Origin: an uncultured Clostridia bacterium
GTDB lineage: Bacteria; Bacillota; Clostridia; TANB77; CAG-508
Reading direction: 5' to 3'
Assembly: GCA_934129745.1 (NCBI GenBank)
Contig: CAKOWZ010000008.1
Coordinates: 1 to 64,000 of the forward strand
DNA: 64,000 bases
The notes under the pieces were generated by a model that did no database searches, was not told the origin of the DNA, and saw nothing but the letters and a program-made list of their open reading frames with translations. Positions 41,797 through 51,703 of this stretch are shown here, one piece after another; position 1 is the stretch's first letter; each line of letters opens with the position of its first letter. Both the position numbers and the translations under genes were made by a program.

Positions 41797-41891
41797 TACT
41801 TTTGGACGTGAATATTATGAAAATATTAATATTAAAATAGATAAAAAATAGAAAAATGAGCAAAATTCTATAAAAATTCTTTAATTACAAT

Positions 41892-42059
41892 TTAGTTACA
41901 ATCAGAATTATTATTTAAACTTAAAACAGAAAGAGTACCTAAAGTATCTCCTAATTGAAGAAAAAACGCAGATAAAATTGCAAGTTCTTCAGGGGACTTA
42001 TCTTTAGCAATACTACATGCTAAAATAGAAATGAAAGCCACAAATTCACAGTTCTGCAT
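41892..42059 (-). CDS. small hypothetical protein (55 aa), not in the ORF track
   Basis: RBS ggaggag sits 6 nt before the ATG. Sequence MQNCEFVAFISILACSIAKDKSPEELAILSAFFLQLGDTLGTLSVLSLNNNSDCN. Confidence 0.4.
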   Translation of the reverse strand: MQNCEFVAFISILACSIAKDKSPEELAILSAFFLQLGDTLGTLSVLSLNNNSDCN

Positions 42060-42292
42060 AACATGCTCCTCCTTATAACATTTTATGTAATAATTAAATT
42101 TTTATGAATAGTAGAAAGCCAATATTTTTATTAATAAGATAAATAAGTTCGCAAATTATTATAAAATAAAGCTGTTCTTTTTATCAATAATATAAAAGGA
42201 AAAATTGTTTATATTATTTATAAATCTTTTATTATTATGAATATTTAAAATCATATAAGCAAAAAATATAAATAAAAAAGTAGGTGAAATTT

Positions 42293-42979
42293 ATGGAAAT
42301 ATTAAAAATTATTGGATTATCATTAGGTTCAATAACTGTATTATTTATATTAACCAAAATTGCTGGTCAAAGAGAAATGTCAGGTTTAAGTATTTTTGAT
42401 TATACAATTGCAATAACTATTGGTTCAATTGCAGCAGAAATGGCTACATCATTGGAAAACAATTTTATGCAACCATTAGTTGCAATGGTTATTTATGCTA
42501 TTGTTACTATTGTTATATCCTTTATTAATATGAAATTTGTAAAAGTAAGACCATTTTTTTCTGGTAAAACACTAATCTTATTTGATAATGGAACTTTATT
42601 TAAAGAAAATTTTAAAAAAGCAAAAATTGATTTAAATGAATTTTTATCACAATGTAGAACAAATGGATATTTTAACTTAAGTGATATAAAAACAGCATTA
42701 TTAGAAGAAAATGGGAAAATTAGTTTTTTACCATATAGTGATAAAAGACCTGCAAATGCAAGTGATTTTAATATTAAACCAAATGAAGAAGGGGTAGCTA
42801 CAAATTTGATATTAGATGGAAAAATTATGGAAAAAAATCTAAATGAACTCAAATTGGACAAATTGTGGTTAAATGATATTTTACAAAAACAAGGAATAAC
42901 CAAAATTGATAATATTTTTTTGGCAACATATGATGTAAATGGAAATTTATCTGTTTATCTTACAAATAATGTTAAATAA
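42293..42979 (+). CDS. DUF421-family (YetF/YdfS-like) membrane protein
   Basis: Three N-terminal TM segments and a C-terminal soluble domain typical of DUF421. Confidence 0.6.
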   Translation: MEILKIIGLSLGSITVLFILTKIAGQREMSGLSIFDYTIAITIGSIAAEMATSLENNFMQPLVAMVIYAIVTIVISFINMKFVKVRPFFSGKTLILFDNGTLFKENFKKAKIDLNEFLSQCRTNGYFNLSDIKTALLEENGKISFLPYSDKRPANASDFNIKPNEEGVATNLILDGKIMEKNLNELKLDKLWLNDILQKQGITKIDNIFLATYDVNGNLSVYLTNNVK

Positions 42980-43007
42980 AAATATTGTAAGAACATATTG
43001 AAATAAA

Positions 43008-43100
43008 AAATATTAAAATAAAAGTTATTGAAATAAAGATATTAAAATAAAAGATATTGAAATAAAATATTAAAATAAAAAAATTAATTATAATAAAAGT
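43008..43100. repeat. degenerate AT-rich tandem repeat (about 14-15-bp unit, about 6 copies)
   Basis: atattgaaataaaaa / atattaaaataaaag units. Confidence 0.6.
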
Positions 43101-43255
43101 AAAAAAATTTAAAATAATAAATTAATAAAACAAATAATATTGCAACAAGTAACATAATGTGGTAAAATAAGCATATTAGGGAAAAAGTTTCTCTACAACA
43201 CACTCTATAGAGTGGCTACAATAAAATATGCATATATATGCAGGAGGTTTACTTT

Positions 43256-43678
43256 ATGAAAGAGCTTACAAAAGTAGTACAACAAGTGAGAGAATCTGTA
43301 TGGAAAGAAGGCGCAGCATCAAAGCTTGCAGATGTGTTTGAGGCAAAAGCTATGAAGGAATTAACCAAATGGTTAAATGAAGACCATAACAGAGCTTTCA
43401 AATACTGCTATTTTATAATCGAAATACAATCTCTGTCATTTAAAGACTACGATGTTATCCTTGAAAAAAATCCTGTAAATGGATTTACAACTTGGAGGGA
43501 CATAGAAGATGAAGGATTTAAAGATATTACCTATGATGGTGTATTTGATGAATCTTTTGATGATTCAGAATTATATCTGGAAATCTATAAACCATTTCTT
43601 GATGAACTGGCGAAAAGAGGATATGATGTCAGATATAACAAAGTAACTGGTACGATCTGTCCTTCTTTTGATGCCTAA
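43256..43678 (+). CDS. hypothetical protein on a GC-elevated patch
   Basis: RBS aggagg 9 nt before ATG 43256. Local GC about 40% against about 28% background. A terminator follows at 43700-43737. Confidence 0.5.
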   Translation: MKELTKVVQQVRESVWKEGAASKLADVFEAKAMKELTKWLNEDHNRAFKYCYFIIEIQSLSFKDYDVILEKNPVNGFTTWRDIEDEGFKDITYDGVFDESFDDSELYLEIYKPFLDELAKRGYDVRYNKVTGTICPSFDA

Positions 43679-43848
43679 TACCTGCCATATATATGGCTTT
43701 TAAGGAGCACCTATCATTTCAAGTGCTCCTTTTTTCAATATAAATTATAAAATATAGCTAAAAATATTTAATAAAATAACAGAAGATGTTTATGACTTTG
43801 ATACAATACATAAAATAAATCAATCAAGATATAAGGAGGAATATAAAA

Positions 43849-44067
43849 ATGCAAAACAAATCAATTGAAGAAATTTACTTAGATATTTATAATGACAAAG
43901 GAATTAGAGAGATATATAACAAAATAAATTATCTTGAAGAAAATAAATACAATGGTTATGCACATCATGATTTTACACATGTATGTAATGTAAAAAATAT
44001 GGCAGAAAAATTGAAACTACATTATATTGTTTATTTGAATGATGATATTTGGAATGAAATATTTTAG
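43849..44067 (+). CDS. hypothetical small protein (possible gene fragment)
   Basis: RBS aaggagga precedes ATG 43849. 72 aa. Confidence 0.35.
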   Translation: MQNKSIEEIYLDIYNDKGIREIYNKINYLEENKYNGYAHHDFTHVCNVKNMAEKLKLHYIVYLNDDIWNEIF

Positions 44068-44447
44068 AGTGAATTAACAAATTTAGACAAGAATTAAAAA
44101 TTTTTATAATAATATGACATATTTATTATAATGAGAGTTACGAAAAGAATAAGAGTATCGAAAAGTTTGTGTAAATTTTAAACTTCTTATGATATAAAAC
44201 ATAAATATAAAAAAATTTATTTATGTTTTTAACCAAAATTAATATAAATGACAAGTTTTTCTATATACTCATTATATTTCAAAAAATAAAATGTAGAATG
44301 TCGGAAAAATTGTACAAATTTTCCGACATTCAAACTAAGTCTAGAAAAGTTCCCTACACTTGATTTAGTAAAATTAATTGTTATTTATACTTATACTTAT
44401 ATAATTTTTTATAGTTATTTCAAATTATTTTTTATCTTAATAATTTC

Positions 44448-44822
44448 TTATTTGCTTGTGTTTGTTACTTCTGAAATAAATTCAATATCAGTATTTTTAG
44501 CTAACATATTTTTTATTATTTCTAGATTTTTTTGAGATATACCTTTAGCAAGACCTTCAGCAATACCAGCCTTTCTCTCATAGTCTAAAGCATCACGCTC
44601 ATTTCTCTCAGCATCAGCAATTCTTTCAGCAATTTCTCTTGCTTCCTCACTATCATTTAATAAATCTAATTTTGATAGTGCATCATGAATAAGTTTATTA
44701 TCTATATTCTTAACCTCCTCCAAATCATCATTAATAATAAAAGTTAGCCATTGTTCAAGAGCAGTTGAAATATGTTTACACTTTTTCTTAAATTTAGGTA
44801 ATTGAATATAATGCATTTCCAA
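44448..44822 (-). pseudogene. Rpn-family (PD-(D/E)XK, TIGR01784 'transposase_31'-like) nuclease, C-terminal remnant
   Basis: HYIQLPKF...AEGLAKGISQKNLEIIKNMLAKNTDIEFISEVT matches the C-terminal half of Rpn/YhgA-like proteins. The N-terminal nuclease domain is absent. Confidence 0.5.
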
Positions 44823-45274
44823 CTTAAGTTGGCTTATATTTATTATTTTTCATTGATTTTTCTATAATTATCACCTCTATTCTAGCAAAATAAATGGAAT
44901 TTAGCAAGACAAAACTTAGGAAATTTAATTTGAAATTTTGAAATGAAAATTTGAACATTTAATTAAAAATGAAATTAAAAATTATGATTTAATAAAAATC
45001 AAGTTGATACAAACATTTATTATATATAATTTTTTTGAAATAAGTATAATTGATAAATAAGTCAATTAACTATAATACATTAAAACATAAAAATACAAAA
45101 AAATCAATCAAAATCGTATGCCAATTTTGACAAACCTACATAAAGATTACAATGTAGTAAAAAAACAAGTATTGCTAAAATTAACATAATATAGTATAAT
45201 ATATGTATTAAGCAGGAAAGCCCTGCCACATACTCTTTAAACAGAGTAAACACATTAAAAACCGGAGGTATACT

Positions 45275-45760
45275 ATGAATAATTTCAATGAAATCATTCA
45301 AAACATTCAAGCAGAACTTTCAGAGCTGAAAAAAAGCAATGAAGAGTTAAAAAGGCTCAACAAAGCCCTAATGAAAGAAAATGCTTCATTACGGGAGCAA
45401 TTGAAGTTGCCTAACAGCAGTCAGCAACTTTCTATTGAAGAAGCATTTAAGCTCTTCTACATAAAAGAAGACACGCAAAGGTTAAAAACCAGAGCGTATA
45501 ATGCACTGATTCGTTATGGCACCAGCCATGACTATGAGTACATAAGTGACTTCAACGGTAAGAGTATCTACGACATCTTTAAAATAAGAAATTTGGGTGT
45601 TGCTGGATGTGCTGTTATCGTAATAGTAGCAGAGCACTTCGGAGAAATGATCAAGTTCCCAAATTGTGATGATTTGCTAAGCACAATAATAAAACGAAAG
45701 GAGATATTAAAAGTGAAAGAAAAAATCACTGAATATCGAGAAAAAATCGTATTCAAGTGA
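45275..45760 (+). CDS. hypothetical protein with an N-terminal coiled coil and a possible RNAP-alpha-CTD-like HhH
   Basis: RBS ggaggt precedes ATG 45275. GC-elevated. TRAYNALIRYG...IRNLGVAG resembles alpha-CTD-like helix-hairpin-helix motifs. Confidence 0.45.
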   Translation: MNNFNEIIQNIQAELSELKKSNEELKRLNKALMKENASLREQLKLPNSSQQLSIEEAFKLFYIKEDTQRLKTRAYNALIRYGTSHDYEYISDFNGKSIYDIFKIRNLGVAGCAVIVIVAEHFGEMIKFPNCDDLLSTIIKRKEILKVKEKITEYREKIVFK

Positions 45761-45761
45761 G

Positions 45762-45812
45762 AGCAGTTGGGGACGCGTCCCAATTGCACACATTGTGCAA
45801 TCTGGGACATAG
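45762..45812. repeat. GC-rich palindromic REP-like element
   Basis: gagcagttggggacgcgtcccaattgcacacattgtgcaatctgggacat. Last copy in the window. Confidence 0.85.
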
Positions 45813-46091
45813 TTCAGCTGATATGTGATCTAGTATTTTAATAAGTGAACAGAATATTTTCTGCTCACTTATTTTATTAATTTAAAAAAATTTTAAACCT
45901 ATATACTTAAAAAATGAAAATTTTTTAAGAAACAGTACAAAACTAAAATACACCATATAAAGTGAAAGCTATTCTTATATTTCACTTTACACTCAACACA
46001 TTATACTATAGACAATTATTACAAATATTGCTAAACAAATTTTTATATGTTAATATTAATAAAAAATAGAAAGGTATGTGATAATAATAAA

Positions 46092-46895
46092 ATGGCAAGC
46101 ATAAAAATGTTAGGAACAGGACACGGATTTGTATTTGATATATACAATACATGTTTTTTGTTAAAAAATAATAATGAAAATCTATTAGTAGATACTGGAG
46201 GAGGAGCAGAAATAGTAAGAAGATTAAAACAAAGCAATATAGACCTAAAAGATATTCACAACATATTCATTTCACACTGCCATACAGACCACATTTTAGG
46301 ATTAATGTGGATGTTAAAAAGAATGAGTAAGCTATTTGGAAAAGATACATATAAAGGAAAATTAAATATATATTGCAATAGTGAAGTAGCTGAAGCAATA
46401 CCTGCAATATATTCTCACTTATTTCCAACATCAAGAGTTGAGGCTATTACTGAAGGAATTGATATACATATATTATCTGATGGAGATAAATTTAAAACAG
46501 CAGGTTTAGAATTTACTGCAATAGATACAAAAGCAAAAAAGAATTCTTTATTGGGATTTGATGTAAAATTAAATAATAAAAGATTATGCTTTTTAGGAGA
46601 TGAAGAATGTAATCCAGAAATATACCCTAAAATTGAAAATGCAGATTATGTAATGCATGAAGCGTTTTGCTTAGATAGTGAAGAAAAAATATTCAAACCT
46701 TATCAACACAAACATTCAACAGTTAAATCAGTATGTGAAAAAATGAACAAACTTAATATAAAGAATTTGATTTTATATCACACAGAAGAAACACATATGG
46801 ATAATAGAAAAGAATTATATATAAATGAAGGAAAAAAATATTTTTCAAACAATATTATTGTTCCAGATGAAATGGAAGAAATTGAAATACGATAA
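46092..46895 (+). CDS. MBL-fold metallo-hydrolase
   Basis: HCHTDH metal-binding motif. Start uncertain (ATG 46092 chosen; the track starts at 46047). Confidence 0.6.
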   Translation: MASIKMLGTGHGFVFDIYNTCFLLKNNNENLLVDTGGGAEIVRRLKQSNIDLKDIHNIFISHCHTDHILGLMWMLKRMSKLFGKDTYKGKLNIYCNSEVAEAIPAIYSHLFPTSRVEAITEGIDIHILSDGDKFKTAGLEFTAIDTKAKKNSLLGFDVKLNNKRLCFLGDEECNPEIYPKIENADYVMHEAFCLDSEEKIFKPYQHKHSTVKSVCEKMNKLNIKNLILYHTEETHMDNRKELYINEGKKYFSNNIIVPDEMEEIEIR

Positions 46896-47063
46896 ATAAA
46901 TTAGAGATGAAAAAAGTTAGTGATATATATTTAGTGAATTAGATGAATTCATATTTTTGTGTCATTTTATATGGCTTTTTTTTCGATGTTATGATAAGAT
47001 ATAGGTAGATATTTATAAGTGCTTAAAATACTAGAGTACCATGGATAACAGGATGGTGAAATT

Positions 47064-48635
47064 ATGAAAGACTTTGAAAATATGACAAACGAAGAAATGG
47101 AAAGAGAAGAAATTATAGAAAGCTTGAAAGAGCAATATACTGATCAAGTTACATTAAAAATACTTATAAATTATGTAGAGGAATTTCAGCAATGTTTTGG
47201 AAAATATATACCAACTGAAGAAGTTATAAAAAGAATAAAACAAAGAGTGAAATTTAATATTGAGATAACTGATGAATATATAGATGGTAATTTAGATGGA
47301 CAATACGATATAAGTGATTCAACGGTTAGATTGCATAAAAATGTACTTGAGAATGAAGATTATTGTGCATATTTAACATTTCATGAACTAACACATGCTA
47401 TTACTGTAAAAGATTTACAAGACGGAAGAAAAATAATGGGATTTTCATTTATAAAAAATCAACTAGGACTTGGATTGAACGAAGCAATGACAGAATGGCT
47501 GACACAAATTAGAAACAAGAAGTTTGGAAAAGAAGGAAAGTCTGGCTACGAAACAATTGTAGAGCAAATAATTCATTTGGCTCAAATTATAGGAGAAGAT
47601 AACTTAATTAATTGTTTTTTATATGAACCTGAGAAATTAGAAGAATTATTAAAAAACAATAATATGGATTATAATGAATTAGAAGAAGCATTTTATAAAT
47701 TTGTAGGAAAAGATGCAGAAGTATATAATTTAGAAAATAATATGAAACTAAACAATATTCAAAATTATAACCTATATAAACAAGTTGAAATAATATTTGA
47801 TAATTATAGTGATGGCATTGGTAATATTGATTCAATAGAACTCTTTAAAAGAAAATATCAAATATTAAGCAGTTATAGAAATCAAGATGTTAATATAAAT
47901 AAAATTATGGAGTTTCATTATTATACAAGTATGTTTAGTGATATAACAAAATTAATACAAAAAGGAATACTAGAACAAGAAATATATGATGTATTAAGAG
48001 AATTAAATGTACCACCTAATAATTATAAACTTTGTAATGAATTTAAAAAAATGTTATCAGGTAATAAAAAACAGTCAGCAATATTATTAAATGATTTTTT
48101 CAGGAAATATCCAAATGAATATTATGATTTCGCATTGCAAAATTATAGTTTTCTTTATGATAAATTTTCTGAAACACTACTGTATCCGCAAGGAGAAAAT
48201 CTATATGATGTAGCCAAATATGCGATGATAGGAAGATTCTTATCTGGACATCCAGATTATGAATATGATGAAATATCTACACGAAAACTAATTGGTTCAA
48301 ACAACAGTGCAGTCTATTGTTTTAAAACATTAGATAATAGTCAATATGTATATACTATACCTAATGGTCTTGTTGAAAAAATAGGTAAAGACAAATTCAA
48401 AGTTACAATGCAAGATACTGAAGTAACTTTAAGCTTAGGGGATAGTATATCTTATGAAGCAAAAGGTAAAAATGTAATTCATTTTTCTTTAGGATATTCA
48501 GAAAGTAGTCAATTAGAGGATATAGAATATTATATAGATATGGAAAATGTTGACGAATCAGAAAAAGAAAAATATAAGCAGAAAGCTAAAGAAATCAGGA
48601 AAAAAAATAAAGAAAAAAAACAAACAGAATTGTAA
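47064..48635 (+). CDS. hypothetical protein with an HExxH zinc-metallopeptidase-like motif (ImmA/IrrE-like?)
   Basis: FHELTHAIT followed by NEAMTEW (HExxH...E). 523 aa. Lys-rich C-terminal tail. Confidence 0.55.
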   Translation: MKDFENMTNEEMEREEIIESLKEQYTDQVTLKILINYVEEFQQCFGKYIPTEEVIKRIKQRVKFNIEITDEYIDGNLDGQYDISDSTVRLHKNVLENEDYCAYLTFHELTHAITVKDLQDGRKIMGFSFIKNQLGLGLNEAMTEWLTQIRNKKFGKEGKSGYETIVEQIIHLAQIIGEDNLINCFLYEPEKLEELLKNNNMDYNELEEAFYKFVGKDAEVYNLENNMKLNNIQNYNLYKQVEIIFDNYSDGIGNIDSIELFKRKYQILSSYRNQDVNINKIMEFHYYTSMFSDITKLIQKGILEQEIYDVLRELNVPPNNYKLCNEFKKMLSGNKKQSAILLNDFFRKYPNEYYDFALQNYSFLYDKFSETLLYPQGENLYDVAKYAMIGRFLSGHPDYEYDEISTRKLIGSNNSAVYCFKTLDNSQYVYTIPNGLVEKIGKDKFKVTMQDTEVTLSLGDSISYEAKGKNVIHFSLGYSESSQLEDIEYYIDMENVDESEKEKYKQKAKEIRKKNKEKKQTEL

Positions 48636-48680
48636 TTGACAATAATTATAACTATTAATAATAAAAAATGGAGGTTTAGT

Positions 48681-48941
48681 ATGGAATTAAAAGAATTAGA
48701 AGAAGAAGTATTAAAAATTAAAGAAAGAAACAAAAGAGTTGAATTAGACAAGGCTTGGGAAACAAGTTGGACTAGAAAAATATGCATAATGGTATTAACT
48801 TATATTGTTGTAATAATATACTCTTATGTAATAAAAGAATTTGATAATATATTTTTAAGTTCTTTAGTACCAGTAATAGGTTTTACATTATCTACATTAT
48901 CACTAGGATTAGTTAGAAAAATATGGGAGAAAGGTAAATAA
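48681..48941 (+). CDS. small two-TM membrane protein
   Basis: RBS ggagg precedes ATG 48681. N-terminal coiled-coil peptide and two hydrophobic helices. Confidence 0.45.
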   Translation: MELKELEEEVLKIKERNKRVELDKAWETSWTRKICIMVLTYIVVIIYSYVIKEFDNIFLSSLVPVIGFTLSTLSLGLVRKIWEKGK

Positions 48942-49077
48942 TAAAATTACAGAATCAAAATATAAAATTATAACTACTTTAAAAGATATTTAATTAAAGC
49001 TATTTAAATGAAAGTGGATTATATTAAATAATATTGCAAATAATAAATAGAAACAAAAGAGATAGGAGATGCAAAAG

Positions 49078-49845
49078 ATGATTGACCTACCAAAAGCAAA
49101 TAAGGAATTTATTAAGTATGTTAAAGAATTTGATGATACAAATTGGAAAATAAAAGGAAAACAAAGACATTCTATTAGAGTTGAAAATATTTCAAAACTA
49201 ATTGCAGAAGATTTAAAATTAAATCAAGAGGAAATAGATTTGGCAATGTTAATAGGACTTTTACATGATATTGGTAGATTTGAACAAGAAAAACAATATC
49301 ATACTTTTAATGATTTAAAAAGCTTTGATCATGGTGATTATGGTGCTGAACTATTAAAAAAACTAATACGAAATTTTATAAGTATAGATAAATATGATAA
49401 AGTAATCTTTGAGGCTGTAAGAAATCACAACAAATTAAGAATAGATGAAAATTTAAACGAACAAGAAAGATTATTTGCCAAACTTGTAAGAGATGCTGAT
49501 AAACTTGATATTATGGACGAAACTATTAATTTATTTTACAAAGAAACTAGAGATTTAGTAAATGAATCGGATATTTCTGAATATACATTAAATTTTGTAA
49601 GAAATCATCAGCCAGTAATCACTCCAAAAGATGTTGAGATATCACGTTTAGATGGTGTTGTAAGAACAATTGCTTTTGTATTTGATTTAAATTACAATAA
49701 AAGTTTCCAAATTTTAAAGGAACAAAATTATATTAATAGAATAATAGACAAATTCGATTACAAGAATGAACATGCAAAAAAATGTATCGAAGAAGTAAGA
49801 AAAATAGCTAATGAGTATGTTGATGAAAAACTAAAAGACTCCTGA
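49078..49845 (+). CDS. HD-domain phosphohydrolase
   Basis: Ordered RHSIRV / LLHDIGR / FDHGDYG / RDADKLD His and Asp motifs. Confidence 0.65.
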   Translation: MIDLPKANKEFIKYVKEFDDTNWKIKGKQRHSIRVENISKLIAEDLKLNQEEIDLAMLIGLLHDIGRFEQEKQYHTFNDLKSFDHGDYGAELLKKLIRNFISIDKYDKVIFEAVRNHNKLRIDENLNEQERLFAKLVRDADKLDIMDETINLFYKETRDLVNESDISEYTLNFVRNHQPVITPKDVEISRLDGVVRTIAFVFDLNYNKSFQILKEQNYINRIIDKFDYKNEHAKKCIEEVRKIANEYVDEKLKDS

Positions 49846-49887
49846 ACAATCAGAAGCCTTTTAGTTTTTTGCTTGAAATGGTGAACC

Positions 49888-50298
49888 TTATGCCTTCTCA
49901 GGATAGAGCTGTACCCAGCCAGCATCATATCCGTCCTTGACTTCAACAGAATTGCTGGTCACATGCATTCTTCTCTTGAAAGGGAAAACACAAACATCAA
50001 TCCCAACTTCTTCAGCAGTTTCGCCGAGAATGTTGTCAGGACCATAGTCGCAGTCCAATTCAACCCTTGAAGATGTCGCAAGTTCGTTCTCAATGCGCTG
50101 GGCAAGCAGATTGCAGAACTGCTCAAGCTGTTCTTCGGTTGCAGCATTCTGCATTGCTCGCATGTGTCCCATCATCATAATCATGAAGGACTCATTACTT
50201 CTTCGGTCCCCGTTACAAAAACTGTTAGGGGTCGGATTGCCGATTGCCTCTGTCCACCATTTTGCGGCAACAGTTGTTGCCTGTCGTACCTCTGCCAT
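49888..50298 (-). CDS. hypothetical protein on a GC-rich (about 48%) foreign patch
   Basis: RBS taaggagg precedes the ATG at 50298 (MAEVRQATT...). GC content is far above the genome background. Confidence 0.55.
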   Translation of the reverse strand: MAEVRQATTVAAKWWTEAIGNPTPNSFCNGDRRSNESFMIMMMGHMRAMQNAATEEQLEQFCNLLAQRIENELATSSRVELDCDYGPDNILGETAEEVGIDVCVFPFKRRMHVTSNSVEVKDGYDAGWVQLYPEKA

Positions 50299-50449
50299 AG
50301 TTGTAAACCTCCTTAATGAATTTCTAGGCATATTTATACGGAATGTGCTTTATTTGTATTCGCGCACTGCGAATATCAATAATTATTATAGCATAGATTT
50401 ACATAAAATACAATATTTAGTTGCTATTATTTAATATATGAAAGAATTA

Positions 50450-50848
50450 TGGATTGTCAACCCTTTTTTTGTACAATTTATATAAGGACACTTTTAATAA
50501 CATCATTAATTTTTCATTACGGTAATAAACTTAACTTATGTAAGTTTATTACCAATTACATATTATAATTTTCATTCATTGTGCAATTACGAAAATGGCA
50601 TAAATCACTTCGTTTTTTATACATTTTCTTCATTGACAATCTAATATGTTGTTCTTCTTATGGAAGACCACGAAGTAGAACATACAACTTTCTTCATTTT
50701 AAAAAGCTATTAAAAGAAAACAATCTTCCAGATATAAGATGGCATGATTTAAGAGCAACTTATGCAACAATACTATTAAAGAATAATTTTAATTTAAAAG
50801 CAGTATCTAAAAAGTTAGGACATGCTACACAAATTATAACAGCACAAG
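50450..50848 (+). repeat. direct repeat copy 1 (about 400 bp) carrying a tyrosine-integrase 3' fragment
   Basis: Near-identical to 58705-59101. Contains the 13-bp inverted repeat ggtaataaactta..taagtttattacc. Confidence 0.85.
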
Positions 50849-50910
50849 ATGCCGTAAACAAACACAATATCGTTAAAATACAAATTAAAGAACGGAGAGA
50901 TTGCAATTAG
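50653..50910 (+). pseudogene. tyrosine recombinase/integrase C-terminal fragment lacking the catalytic Tyr
   Basis: RWHDLRATYATILLKNNFNLKAVSKKLGHATQIIT matches integrase box II (HxLRHT...LGH). The sequence diverges just before the conserved Y. Confidence 0.6.
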
Positions 50911-51011
50911 ATGAAGAGATGACTAATACAAAAGAAACAGGAAAAACGAGATAAAAAAATACCCCCATTTCAAGATAAGCAATGCTTAAACGAGAAATGG
51001 GGGTTGTGGCT

Positions 51012-51392
51012 TTATTCGCCGTGCATCCAGCCACAGGAGTAACAGTCACCGCAAAGGTAATTGGAACAGCCACTGCAACCTTGCGGTTTAGTGGTAACCT
51101 TGTAAAAGGCGATTGCTCCTTTGGGTACTGAAGTTGCTCCTTCCTCTAGGTTGGGTCCGTGGTAGTCTGCTATATACAGTACATCGTTCTCATCACTGAT
51201 ATATGCACTGTCTGACTTGTTTCTAAGCTCAAAACCGAGAATACCAGATATAACTCGCGTCATATTGGCATCAGAGATGGCAGAGAAAACATCAGTCGGA
51301 ATCGTGGCAGGGTCAACAACGGTAAAACGTACGAGTGAGAAATCGCTGGTGCAGAGCATGTCGGGGGTAAACCTATCAACAATGTAAGCCAT
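51012..51392 (-). CDS. hypothetical Cys-rich protein on a GC-rich patch
   Basis: RBS aaaggaga precedes the ATG at 51392. C-terminus CSGCSNYLCGDCYSCGWMHGE. GC about 47%. Confidence 0.5.
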   Translation of the reverse strand: MAYIVDRFTPDMLCTSDFSLVRFTVVDPATIPTDVFSAISDANMTRVISGILGFELRNKSDSAYISDENDVLYIADYHGPNLEEGATSVPKGAIAFYKVTTKPQGCSGCSNYLCGDCYSCGWMHGE

Positions 51393-51496
51393 AAAAATTC
51401 TCCTTTCTGTGCCACTTATACATAGGTGGTCTTACCAGATAAATAAGATTTTATCGAACAAATATAGTATAACATACTTTACATAAAATATCAACT

Positions 51497-51703
51497 TTGG
51501 TTAACCTTCCAATTTTTGTTAATGACACACAAATGACTGAAACAGAAGATACAATTACATTTGATTTTGAAAATAAGAAAATTGAAGTTCCAAAAACTGG
51601 AGAAAATTCACCAATAAGATTAGCTTTAGGAGTAATTCTTTTAGCTTTCTTAGGTATAGCATGGGGATTTATAAAAATTTTTAAGAAAAAAGATAATAAA
51701 TAA
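51497..51703 (+). pseudogene. C-terminal remnant of a sortase-anchored surface protein
   Basis: VPKTGENSPIRLALGVILLAFLGIAWGFIKIFKKKDNK is an (S/P)PxTG-like sorting motif plus hydrophobic segment plus basic tail. There is no signal peptide or N-terminal domain. Confidence 0.4.

Noticed and set aside
9598-45812. CRISPR array interpretation of the gggacgcgtccc repeats
   Set aside because: Copies are scattered over 36 kb at gene 3' ends, not in a regularly spaced array. Units are self-palindromic pairs with variable short spacers and there are no cas genes. This is REP-like, not CRISPR.
50581-50655. First 25 codons of track ORFs 50581..50910 and 58835..59173 (MQLRKWHKSLRFLYIFFIDNLICCS)
   Set aside because: Integrase homology only begins around SYGRPRSRTYNF. 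The upstream part is an out-of-context reading of the truncation junction with no RBS, so these are gene fragments, not 109/112-aa proteins.
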